DNA of 64,000 bases from a bacterium (lineage in GTDB: Bacteria > Bacillota > Clostridia > Christensenellales > Aristaeellaceae). Every line of letters starts with the position of its first letter. The stretch's first letter is position 1. Below are positions 26,817 to 35,247 of the stretch, in pieces. The stretch spans positions 4,066-68,065 of the forward strand of contig JAQXJZ010000109.1 in NCBI GenBank assembly GCA_029009515.1, written 5' to 3'. Made by a program: the position numbers and the translations under genes. A model generated the notes under the pieces. It made no database searches, was not told the DNA's origin, and saw nothing but the letters and a program-made list of their open reading frames with translations.

Positions 26817-27689
26817 TCACAGCTGCTCCGCGATGAAGCGGTTGATGAGCCTCATCAGGCCTTCGCCGTCGCGGCATTCGCACACAACGGTGACAACGGC
26901 GTTTTTCCCCGGCAGAATGACGGAGAGCTGGCCGTACTTGCCGTCTGCGCGGAAGGACTCATGCGCGCCGCGCCAGAACAGGTAGCCGTAGTTGTCGCCG
27001 CCCTGCGGTGCAGCGCAGGCGTCGATCCACTCCGCGTTCAGCAGCCGGCGTCCGTTCCACATGCCGCGCTGCAGGCAGAACAGGCCGAAGCGGTGCAGCT
27101 CCGTCAGCGCCAGGAACAATCCGCCCGCGCCAAAGGTGTTGCCCAGCGGATCACACTCCCAGGTTGGGCGCTTGATGCCCAGCGGCTTGAACAGGCGCGG
27201 CGTGAGATAAGAAACCAGATCGCACCCCGAGCGGCGCTGCACCAGCACGCCCGCCAGATAGGGGCCGACGTTGTTGTACACAAATTTTTCGCCCGGCGCA
27301 TACGCGAAGGGCTGCGCGAGGCTGAGCTTCACCCAGTCGTCCTCCTCGTAGAAGGGGCGCTGGTTGCCCATCAGAAAGCCCGTTTCCTGTCCCAGGCGCA
27401 TGGTGAGCAGATCTCGCACGGTAGCTTTCCGCAGGTTTTCGCATACCGTTTCGGGCAGATCATCGCAAAAGGCGTCGGTCAGCTTTTCATCCAGGCGGAT
27501 CAGCCCTTCCTGCACGGCAAAGCCCACCGCGATGGAGGTGAAGCTCTTGCTGGCGGAGTAGATATTGCGGCGGCATTCGCCCTCACTGCGCCACGCAAGG
27601 ATCAGCTCGTCATCTTTGGTTACGTTCACGCCCAGCACGCCAAGGCGCTGCGCTTCTTCCAAATAGGCTGTCATTTTCTCTTCGTTCAT
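26817..27689 (-). CDS. Serine hydrolase, beta-lactamase/transpeptidase-like (class C/esterase type)
   Basis: SxxK motif SASKSF near the N-terminus and YNN (YxN) motif. Confidence 0.8.
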   Translation of the reverse strand: MNEEKMTAYLEEAQRLGVLGVNVTKDDELILAWRSEGECRRNIYSASKSFTSIAVGFAVQEGLIRLDEKLTDAFCDDLPETVCENLRKATVRDLLTMRLGQETGFLMGNQRPFYEEDDWVKLSLAQPFAYAPGEKFVYNNVGPYLAGVLVQRRSGCDLVSYLTPRLFKPLGIKRPTWECDPLGNTFGAGGLFLALTELHRFGLFCLQRGMWNGRRLLNAEWIDACAAPQGGDNYGYLFWRGAHESFRADGKYGQLSVILPGKNAVVTVVCECRDGEGLMRLINRFIAEQL

Positions 27690-27693
27690 CCTT

Positions 27694-27897
27694 TTACACC
27701 TCCGCGATCACCCGGCACGGCAAGCCGGTAACATCGGCAAAATTCATGGGATAGGTATGGGCGGTGAAGCATCCGCCGCGCTCCACCAGCGCCTTGAGAT
27801 TGCACAGATTTTCAATCACAAAGCAGCCGCGGTCGGCGCAGTACTGATCCTTGGGCGTATGCTCCCTGCCGCGGCGCACGCCGGAACAATCCACCAC
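27694..27897 (-). pseudogene. 3' relic of a cyclase-family (kynurenine-formamidase-like) gene
   Basis: CFVIENLCNLKALVERGGCFTAHTYPMNFADVTGLPCRVIA matches the remembered C-terminal pattern of putative cyclases (ENLxNLxxL...F.F.ALPLKI.GADGSPVRA.A). There is no N-terminal part; upstream DNA is AT-rich and non-coding. Confidence 0.45.
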
Positions 27898-28272
27898 AAT
27901 GCGCTTTTTTCATTATATGAAACACGGCGCAGGAAAGCAAGGATTTTGGATGTACAAAAAGAGCAGCGAAAATGGTCCGGAAAACTGTTTGTCAATGTTC
28001 GGCCATCATCCATGTCAGACGGCCTGTTTCTTTGTGCGTCCTGTATGGTAAATGGTGTAAATTCATGATCATTATCAACCGTTTTTTTGTCGTGATTGAT
28101 TGATTTTGCTTTTCTGTGCGCGAAAGAGAATAGAGAAACAGGCGGCTGACCCATATACTTGAAATGACAGGAAACGGAGAAAAAAAGCATCGGGTGACAA
28201 GCATTGTTTTGCTTTTATCACCTTTCTTTCATTTTATATCAAATTGCTGACAAGCAACCGGAGGTGTGCGGA

Positions 28273-29220
28273 ATGAACGGTACCCTTGCCCCGCGTGATC
28301 TGCGCAAAAGGAGCCGTCTGGGGGGCTATCTGAAAAATCACTGGCAGCTGTATCTGCTCTTGTCCCTGCCCATTGCCTTTGTCATCATCTTCAAATACGC
28401 GGCATATCCGGGTCTGCGCATCGCCTTCATGAACTACAAGCCGGCCAAGGGCTATGCCGGCAGTCCGTGGGTGGGCATGCAGACCTTTGAAAAGGTGTTC
28501 CGCGACAAGGATTTCTTCAAGGCGCTCAATAACTCGCTGATCTTCAACTTCCTGGATCTGCTGGTTGGCTTCCCCATCCCGATTGTGCTGGCGCTGCTTC
28601 TCAACGAGCTGCGCTTCAACCGCTACAAAAAGCTCTCCCAGACCATCCTCTATCTGCCCCACTTCCTCAGCTGGGTCATCATCGCCTCCGTGGCGCTCAC
28701 GCTCTTCAAGCCGGAAACCGGCCTTGTCAACGTGGTGCTCATGCGCATGGGCGTGATTGAAAAGGGCATTCCGTTCCTGACGGAAAAATGGAACTGGGCC
28801 GTCACGTATCTGCTCATCGGCGTATGGCAGAACATGGGCTGGGGCTCCATCATCTATCTGGCTGCCATCACCGGCATTGACGCAGAGCTTTACGAAGCTG
28901 CCACCATCGACGGCGCCGGAAGGCTGCGCAAGATCTGGAGCGTCACGCTGCCCAGCATCCGCCCCACGATGGTGACGCTGCTGATCATGAACCTGGGCCG
29001 CGTGATGGGCTCCAACTTCGAGCGCCTCAACGCCTTTGGTAACGTGCAGGTGAAGGCCTTCCAGTATCAGCTGGCCATCTACATCTACGAAACAGGCCTG
29101 GCAGGCGGCAACTTCAGCCGCGCTACCGCCGTTGGCCTGTTCCAGTCGCTGGTGGGTCTCATCCTGGTGCTGGCGTCCGACTGGGTGGCCAAGCGCCTGG
29201 GCGAAGACGGACTGCTTTGA
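28273..29220 (+). CDS. Polysaccharide/oligosaccharide ABC permease, LplB type
   Basis: N-terminal KNHWQLYLLL and EAA-loop YEAATIDGAGRLRKIWSVTLP. GGAGGTG lies 7 nt upstream of the ATG at 28273. Confidence 0.9.
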   Translation: MNGTLAPRDLRKRSRLGGYLKNHWQLYLLLSLPIAFVIIFKYAAYPGLRIAFMNYKPAKGYAGSPWVGMQTFEKVFRDKDFFKALNNSLIFNFLDLLVGFPIPIVLALLLNELRFNRYKKLSQTILYLPHFLSWVIIASVALTLFKPETGLVNVVLMRMGVIEKGIPFLTEKWNWAVTYLLIGVWQNMGWGSIIYLAAITGIDAELYEAATIDGAGRLRKIWSVTLPSIRPTMVTLLIMNLGRVMGSNFERLNAFGNVQVKAFQYQLAIYIYETGLAGGNFSRATAVGLFQSLVGLILVLASDWVAKRLGEDGLL

Positions 29221-29236
29221 GAAAGGAGGAAGGAAA

Positions 29237-30151
29237 ATGACCAATCCGGCTCCCGCAGCAGAGAAAAAAAGCTCCATCTGGCGCGGCGTGAACCGCGTGC
29301 GCATCAGCGATTTTGTGATCGCCTTCGTCATCCTGCTCCTTTCGCTCACCTGCATCCTTCCCTTTATTCATGTGGCGGCAAAGAGCATTTCCTCCAACAC
29401 GGCGGTCATGTCCAAGTCGGTTTATCTCTGGCCCAAGGACATCAGCTTCAGCGCCTACGGCTCCATCTTCCGCGATGGTCAGCTCACCTATTCCATGGGC
29501 TACACCATTGTGGTCACGCTGCTGTTTACGGTGATTGGCATGTTCATCACCGTGTGCGCCGCCTACCCGCTTTCCATCAAAGGCCTTAAGGGCAGAAGCG
29601 TGTTTGCCTTCATCATCATGTTCACCATGTACTTCAGCGCGGGTCTGATTCCCGAATACCTGCTGTACAAGGATCTGGGCCTGCTCAACACCATGTGGGT
29701 GCTGGTGCTGCCGCTGTGTTTTGCCCCTTACAACATGCTGATCATGCGCTCCTTCCTCTCCTCCACCATCCCCGACAGCCTGTATGAGGCGGCCAAGCTG
29801 GATGGTGCGGATTACTTCCAGATCCTGTTCAAAATTGTGCTGCCGCTGAGCAAGCCCATTCTGGCCACGCTTTCGCTGTTCTACGCCGTAGGCCGCTGGA
29901 ACGCGTATGCGGACGCCAAGTACTACATCACCACCAAGTCCCTGCAGCCCCTGCAGTACATGCTGAGCAACATGGTTCTCAACTCCGGCCAGGACGCCGT
30001 CAGCCTGTCCGAGGCCGCAGCGGTTTCCACCACGCCGGAAGTGCTGCAGGCCGCCACCATCATGTTCGCCACCCTGCCCATCATCATGGTATACCCCTTC
30101 GTGCAGAAGTACTTCGTCAAGGGCACCATGATTGGCGCGGTGAAGGGCTGA
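29237..30151 (+). CDS. ABC permease, LplC type
   Basis: EAA-loop YEAAKLDGADYFQILFKIVLP and C-terminal FVQKYFVKGTMIGAVKG, typical of LplC-type permeases. AAGGAGG upstream. Confidence 0.9.
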   Translation: MTNPAPAAEKKSSIWRGVNRVRISDFVIAFVILLLSLTCILPFIHVAAKSISSNTAVMSKSVYLWPKDISFSAYGSIFRDGQLTYSMGYTIVVTLLFTVIGMFITVCAAYPLSIKGLKGRSVFAFIIMFTMYFSAGLIPEYLLYKDLGLLNTMWVLVLPLCFAPYNMLIMRSFLSSTIPDSLYEAAKLDGADYFQILFKIVLPLSKPILATLSLFYAVGRWNAYADAKYYITTKSLQPLQYMLSNMVLNSGQDAVSLSEAAAVSTTPEVLQAATIMFATLPIIMVYPFVQKYFVKGTMIGAVKG

Positions 30152-30211
30152 TCATCATTGCAATAATGGCGGTGGAATCCGCTGTTATCAATAAATCAAG
30201 GAGGTATCCCC

Positions 30212-31372
30212 ATGAAGAAAATCCTTTCCCTGGTTCTGGCACTGGTTATGGTGCTGGGCATGGTTTCCTTTGCCAATGCCGAAGCTGCCGGCATGGACGC
30301 CTGGAAGCCCTTCGAGGAGCGCGTGGACGCCATCAACAAGATCATCGCTGCCGGTCTGACCGATCAGGCTCCTCTGGGTCTGGGCATCCCCACCAGCGCT
30401 TATGTGCAGAACTTCAGCTACCGCGACAAGCCCGTGGATGAGGCCGAGTGGGCCATGCATTCCTCTCTGGGCACTGCCTGCTTCAGCTGGGAGCCCACCA
30501 AGGCCATGCTCAAGCGCAAGAATGCCGAATACCACATGGGCTGGTACTCCTCCGAGTTCGACCTTGAAAAGGACAGCAAGGGCGCCAACGTGGACCAGAC
30601 CCAGACCGATTTGATCAACGGCAAGACCTTCGAATACGGCGGCTACATGGCTGCCAACGTGGACTGGCTGAAGGCCTTCTACGAGAACAACCCCGGCGCT
30701 GAACCGGCCGTGGCCAGCTACTACGACAGCGTGGAGCCCGGTGTGATCGACGCTCCCGTGACCCGCTCCGACAACCCCTTCGGCATGATCGTTGGCTTCT
30801 CCTCCTACGCCACCGAGGAACAGCTCAAGGCTGCCTGGATGCTGATGGAGTGGATGATCCAGCCCGAAAACCTGTTCGTGCTTGAGAACGGCGTGGAAGG
30901 CGTGACCTACAACCTGGGCGAGAACGGCCTGCCCGTGATGGTTGGCGATTACTCCGGCCCCGAGATGCTCAACCACAACATGAACATCGACATGACCTGC
31001 CTGGTGCATGCCTCCAAGGTCGTCGGCACCATCGAAGACAGCATCCGCGCCATCGTTCCCCAGGGCATTCCTCAGGACTTCTTTGAGGGCATGATGGGCA
31101 ACTACAACGAGCTGCAGGAGATCGTTGCCGCTGGCAACGCCTACTCCGATCCCATCTTCGCTGTGGCCATCGAGTCCGAATCCGAGTACAGCGCCAGCCT
31201 GCTGAGCCTGTATCAGGAATACTTCGCCAAGCTGATCAAGTGCGATCCCGCTGAGTTCGACGCCCTGTATGAGCAGTTTGCTCAGGAATACCTGGACGCC
31301 GGCTATCAGGAGATCATCGACGAGCGTCTGGAAGCCTACGAGGCCGGCAAGACCACCAAGCTCCCCCGCTGA
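30212..31372 (+). CDS. Secreted solute-binding protein, atypically short LplA-like (386 aa)
   Basis: Signal peptide MKKILSLVLALVMVLGMVSFANA. The C-terminal half resembles LplA-type SBPs. Follows the LplB/LplC permeases. Confidence 0.7.
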   Translation: MKKILSLVLALVMVLGMVSFANAEAAGMDAWKPFEERVDAINKIIAAGLTDQAPLGLGIPTSAYVQNFSYRDKPVDEAEWAMHSSLGTACFSWEPTKAMLKRKNAEYHMGWYSSEFDLEKDSKGANVDQTQTDLINGKTFEYGGYMAANVDWLKAFYENNPGAEPAVASYYDSVEPGVIDAPVTRSDNPFGMIVGFSSYATEEQLKAAWMLMEWMIQPENLFVLENGVEGVTYNLGENGLPVMVGDYSGPEMLNHNMNIDMTCLVHASKVVGTIEDSIRAIVPQGIPQDFFEGMMGNYNELQEIVAAGNAYSDPIFAVAIESESEYSASLLSLYQEYFAKLIKCDPAEFDALYEQFAQEYLDAGYQEIIDERLEAYEAGKTTKLPR

Positions 31373-31394
31373 TTGACTGACCCCGCTTGATCCC

Positions 31395-31427
31395 GGCCCG
31401 CCTGATGAAAAATCAGGCGGGCCTTTT
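31395..31427 (+). terminator. Rho-independent terminator of the SBP gene
   Basis: GGCCCGCCTGAT-gaaaa-ATCAGGCGGGCC followed by TTTT. Confidence 0.8.
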
Positions 31428-31434
31428 GCATACT

Positions 31435-31478
31435 CAAAAAACAACCTGCTGCCTTTTTTCAGCAGCAGGTTGCTTTTT
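31435..31478. terminator. Bidirectional terminator (serves the minus-strand GH105 gene)
   Basis: CAACCTGCTG/CAGCAGGTTG 10-bp stem flanked by A7 on the left and CTTTTT on the right. Confidence 0.75.
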
Positions 31479-31491
31479 GACTTTTACAGTT

Positions 31492-32541
31492 TTACAGCGC
31501 GCCGTCGCCGCGGCAGCCCTGCTGCTCCAGCACGGCTGAGAGGAACGCCAGCGCCAGGCCCTGTCCCCAGCCCTGCGTCCACGAACGGGAGATGTTGCGG
31601 TAGCCATCGCGGTCCTTCATCACCGCCGTACCGCTGGACACGTTCAGCACACGGCCCTCGGGGCTGACATTGGCCAGAATGCCTTCCACCGATTTGTTGA
31701 TATATTTAATATGAAGCGGATTTCCCTTCAGCACCATCGCGGCGGCAATGCCGGCGGATGCGGAGATTTCCTCATAGCTTTCCTCATCATCGAGGATGGT
31801 GCGCCACAGGCCGTTTTCCGTCTGCAGATTCTTCAGCGCGGCCAGCTGCTCGGCGGTGGAACCGGCGATGTCCATGTACTTGGGGTAGAGATAGCACTCC
31901 GGCAGCACGCGTCCCGCCTGCGCCATGGTATACACGGCCCAGGCATTGGCACGGCCCCAGTAGAAGCCGGACATGTGGCCTTTTTCGATATTGTTGTAGC
32001 CGTGATACCACAGGCCGGTCTTTTTGTTCTGCAGATATTCGATGTGCCAGTAATACTGGTTCAACGCGTCATCGATCAGCTGCGCATCCTTCCACATCAC
32101 GCCTGCGCGCAGCATGAGGAACGCCGCCATGAACAGCGTATCCGCCCAGCACTGCTCCGGGAAATCGTTGTTGACGGAAACCGTGTGCTGCAGCACGCTG
32201 TCGCCAAAGCGAAGCGCCCGGTTCTGCAGATAATCGATCTTGCTTTTCAGGATGTCCTCATACCGGGAATCTCCCGTTGCCTGATACAGCGTGATCATGG
32301 CATGGCCCATGGCGCAGGTATTCACCGTCCAGTTGGGCAGGCCCAGTTCGATGTATTCATCCACCCTCGCCTTGACAAGATCCAGATACTCCTGCCTGCC
32401 GGTCACGCGCCACGCTTCGCAGATGCCAAAATAGGCAACGCCGCACGGCCAGTCCCACGTCATGTCCATGTTCATGGTCTGGTGCACAATGGCGTCAATA
32501 GCTTTCTCTACACGCACCTGATCAAATTGAATGTTTGCCAT
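31492..32541 (-). CDS. GH105 unsaturated rhamnogalacturonyl hydrolase (YteR/GH88-105 type)
   Basis: WDWPCGVAYFG, CWADTLFMAA and GFYWGRANAWAVY are typical of the YteR/GH105 (alpha/alpha)6 fold. ATG 32541 lies 6 nt after GGAGG. Confidence 0.82.
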   Translation of the reverse strand: MANIQFDQVRVEKAIDAIVHQTMNMDMTWDWPCGVAYFGICEAWRVTGRQEYLDLVKARVDEYIELGLPNWTVNTCAMGHAMITLYQATGDSRYEDILKSKIDYLQNRALRFGDSVLQHTVSVNNDFPEQCWADTLFMAAFLMLRAGVMWKDAQLIDDALNQYYWHIEYLQNKKTGLWYHGYNNIEKGHMSGFYWGRANAWAVYTMAQAGRVLPECYLYPKYMDIAGSTAEQLAALKNLQTENGLWRTILDDEESYEEISASAGIAAAMVLKGNPLHIKYINKSVEGILANVSPEGRVLNVSSGTAVMKDRDGYRNISRSWTQGWGQGLALAFLSAVLEQQGCRGDGAL

Positions 32542-32586
32542 CACGAGCCTCCTGTATTTCTGAAGAATTTGTTCTGGTGATATCCA

Positions 32587-33249
32587 TTAAGGCCGGATCA
32601 GCGCCCTGAAGCGCTCATCGCCTTGCATCCATTCCGCGATCAGGCGGGCGATCCGACGGGCTCCCTCTTCATTGAAATGGGTCATATCGTCATGGCCGTC
32701 CGGAAAGTCCGGATGAACGCCCCTGGGAATGCGCACAAACAGCTCCGCCGTTTTGTCCTCGCCCAGCTCCAGATACAGCCTGCGGCTCATTGCCTTGAGG
32801 TCGCACAGCGGCAGGCAGCGCATTGCAGCCAGCCGTCTCACAGCGGCTGCATACTCGCCATGGGTGTACAGAAGACTGGTATGGCCAACGAAGAAACGCC
32901 TGCACACCGGCGTGATCAGAACCGGCGCTGCGCCGCACGAGATGGCTCCATCGCAGAACACGTTCAGGTTTGCCATGAAGCTTGTAGCCGGATCCGTGTG
33001 GCGCTCTTCATCGTCCTTTTCATCGTTGTGGCCAAACTGAATCAGCAGCACATCTCCGGGCTGCATGGCTGCTTTGACAGCTTCAAACCGGCCTTCCTGC
33101 AGAAAGCTTTTGGTGCTGCGTCCGCTGACGGCATGGTTGAACACGCGCACATCCTCACTCACCATCTCCCTCAGCGCCCAGCCCCAGCCCCTGAAAGGCG
33201 GCGTATTATCTTCAACGGTCGAATCGCCAATCACATAAAGATCCGGCAC
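32587..33249 (-). CDS. SGNH/GDSL hydrolase, rhamnogalacturonan acetylesterase-like
   Basis: Block I YVIGDSTV, GRS, GHND and DMTHF (DxxH) blocks. GTG start at 33249 after GGAGGAAG. Confidence 0.8.
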   Translation of the reverse strand: MPDLYVIGDSTVEDNTPPFRGWGWALREMVSEDVRVFNHAVSGRSTKSFLQEGRFEAVKAAMQPGDVLLIQFGHNDEKDDEERHTDPATSFMANLNVFCDGAISCGAAPVLITPVCRRFFVGHTSLLYTHGEYAAAVRRLAAMRCLPLCDLKAMSRRLYLELGEDKTAELFVRIPRGVHPDFPDGHDDMTHFNEEGARRIARLIAEWMQGDERFRALIRP

Positions 33250-33282
33250 AGCGCTTCCTCCTCTGTTGTTTTTCTCTGCTGA

Positions 33283-33531
33283 CAGTATAAGCAGCACGAA
33301 GCAAAGCAGCTTGAACAGAATCGCCGCAACCGCCGCATTTTCACCCGTGGCGGCATGCTGGAACGCTTCATGCAGCGCCCGCTGCTATTGACTGACGATC
33401 AGGTGTACCGACTACTGCAAACAGCATTCATTACCGAGGCTGTTCAGGCGATGGAAAAGGCGCTGATCAGCGAGGCTGTACGGGCCGTGACCCAGGCTGC
33501 GGAGGACACGAATCCCGATGCAAAAGCTTGA
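33283..33531 (+). pseudogene. 5'-truncated DUF3847-like (MobC-analogous) gene fragment
   Basis: Open frame ...KQLEQNRRNRRIFTRGGMLERFMQRPLLLTDDQVYRLL... matches the remembered DUF3847 C-terminal pattern (RTxRLIERGAILES...LT.E). It has no N-terminus or start region, and the frame opens right after a stop at 33280. Confidence 0.5.
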
Positions 33532-33620
33532 ATTGTACCTGGTTACAGGTCGCAACTATCCACGTTTCACGTGGGGTTGCGCTCTGCGAGGCACGCTCCG
33601 AACGGGGTTCGTCGCTCTGA

Positions 33621-33667
33621 GATTTTGTTCTGCGGAACAAAATCAACAGGGGCGCGGTGCGTGCGCC
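33621..33667 (+). promoter_or_regulatory. Candidate oriT: 10-bp perfect inverted repeat plus GTGCGTGCGCC
   Basis: GATTTTGTTC-tgcg-GAACAAAATC (33621-33644), followed 14 nt later by GTGCGTGCGCC (33658-33668). The layout resembles the RSF1010/MobQ oriT (inverted repeat, then TAAGTGCGCCCT). Confidence 0.4.
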
Positions 33668-33698
33668 AGCAAGCTGGCTACCCAAGGAAAGTGGGGTG

Positions 33699-35214
33699 AT
33701 GACGGTGGCGTGTCCTCACTTTGATGTGTCCATCCGCCAGCGCAGCAAGGGACAATCCGCCGTGGCGGGTGCTGCCTGTATGTCCGCTGAAAAGCTGTTC
33801 AGCGAGTACGACCAGCGGACGAAGAATTTCTGCTACAAAGAAAAAGAAATCGTGGCAAAGGGAATCCTGCTGCCGCCCAACGCGCCATGGGAATATGCTG
33901 ATCGGCAGACGCTCTGGAATGCCGTCGAAGCATCCGAAAAGCAATGGAACGCACAGCTGGCGAGAGGTATCATTATGGCGCTGCCGAGGGAGCTTCCTGC
34001 CAACCAATATGAGGCCCTCGTCCGCGAATACTGCATGGAACAATTCGTGTCCCGTGGCATGATCGCCGACTACGCCATTCATGATAAGGGCGACGGCAAT
34101 CCGCATGCCCATGTGATGCTGACCATGCGTGCAATGGACGAGCATGGCAAGTGGCTACCCAAGGGAAAACGTGTCTGCGTGCTGGATGAAAACGGCGAGC
34201 GGATTAAGCTGCTCAGCGGTGACTATAAATCCTACAAGGTACGCACCACGGATTGGGACGATCCTGGCAATTGTGAGCGGTGGCGTACCACATGGGCCGA
34301 CACCACAAATCGTTATCTGGAACGTGCCGGAGAAGACGTTCGGCTTGATCTCCGTTCATACGAGAGGCAGGGAGTTGATCTGGTTCCCACCGTCCACATG
34401 GGACCTGTTGTTACCTACCTGGAACAGCAGGCATCCGCACAGAAATTGGCCAGTACAACGAGGAAATCAGACAATTCAACCGTGTGCTGCAATCGTTGAA
34501 GTCACGGCTGGAATCGCTAAAAAAGTGGCTGGCAGATGCTATCCGCAAAACAGCAGAAATCATGAAGCCGGAGCCATACCAACCTTCGCTGATGGAATAC
34601 ATTCAGGTGTTCCAGAATTTTCGCAGGGCTGGGCGTGCGGACTGGGGCAAGAAGGCAAGGCAGACTGCTGGTATCAACGACCTGGAATTCGCAGCACAAG
34701 TACAGTTCTTCATGCAGGAAGCTGGTATCAGCACGCTGCAGGATTTCGATGGATTTGTTGGCAAACAGCAAGAAAGCCTTACCCAGCTTGACGGCGTGGG
34801 CAAGGCGATTCGGAAAAAGCAAACGGCACTCAAGCATCTGGAGACATTTCAGCGACTCAAGCCAATCTCTGATAAGAGTAAGCGCGGCATGGGATTTGTT
34901 CGGAAACAGTATGCTGAAAAACACCAGCAGGAGCTGCACGAGTTTGCAAAGGCTGTGCGGTACATGAATGCATCGCCAGTGAATTGCAGCAGCTGCCGGA
35001 GGAACAGTCTCAGCTTTGTGCAGCACTCGCGGAACAGAATGTTGATCCTGATCTGATTGATCGTATTCGTTACTGTGTTGATACGGTCATCAAAGCTGGC
35101 GAGGAACCGAGGCAGAGGGAGTCAATCAGGGCGCAGCTGCAAATTGCAAAGGCGCAGCAGAGCAGAACAGTAGCGCAACAGACAAATTTGGAACCTTACG
35201 CCGACATATTGTGA
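33699..35214 (+). pseudogene. MobA/MobL (MobQ-type) relaxase pseudogene
   Basis: N-terminal relaxase fold with HDKGDGNPHAHVM (HxDxxxPHxH). The expected catalytic Tyr in AAAYRS is Cys (GAACMSAE). The frame breaks near 34428 (frame 3 to 2, restoring GIRTEIGQYNEEIRQFN) and near 34960-34975 (frame 2 to 1). Confidence 0.8.
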
Positions 35215-35247
35215 TACCTCGTTGCTTTTCTGCCTCCTGCTCCCGTA

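Larger units (their letters stand above)
33283..35214 (+). mobile_element. Degraded remnant of a mobilizable element: DUF3847 fragment, oriT-like region, MobQ relaxase pseudogene
   Basis: The gene pair is typical of Clostridial mobilizable elements. Both genes are defective and no integrase or recombinase is adjacent. By eye the GC content is lower than in the flanks. Confidence 0.75.

Noticed and set aside
27816-28204. Two minus-strand ORFs (124 and 70 aa) and a 66-aa plus ORF in the AT-rich region
   Set aside because: They have no SD, low-complexity or implausible sequences, and lie in the only strongly AT-rich non-coding stretch. They are more likely leader or promoter DNA.
33250-33300. 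att-type direct repeat of the tRNA-Met 3' end at the far side of the proposed island
   Set aside because: I looked for TGGTAGCGGCGATCGGATTCGAACC-like sequence near the relaxase-fossil border and found none. The island idea is therefore reported only as a hypothesis.
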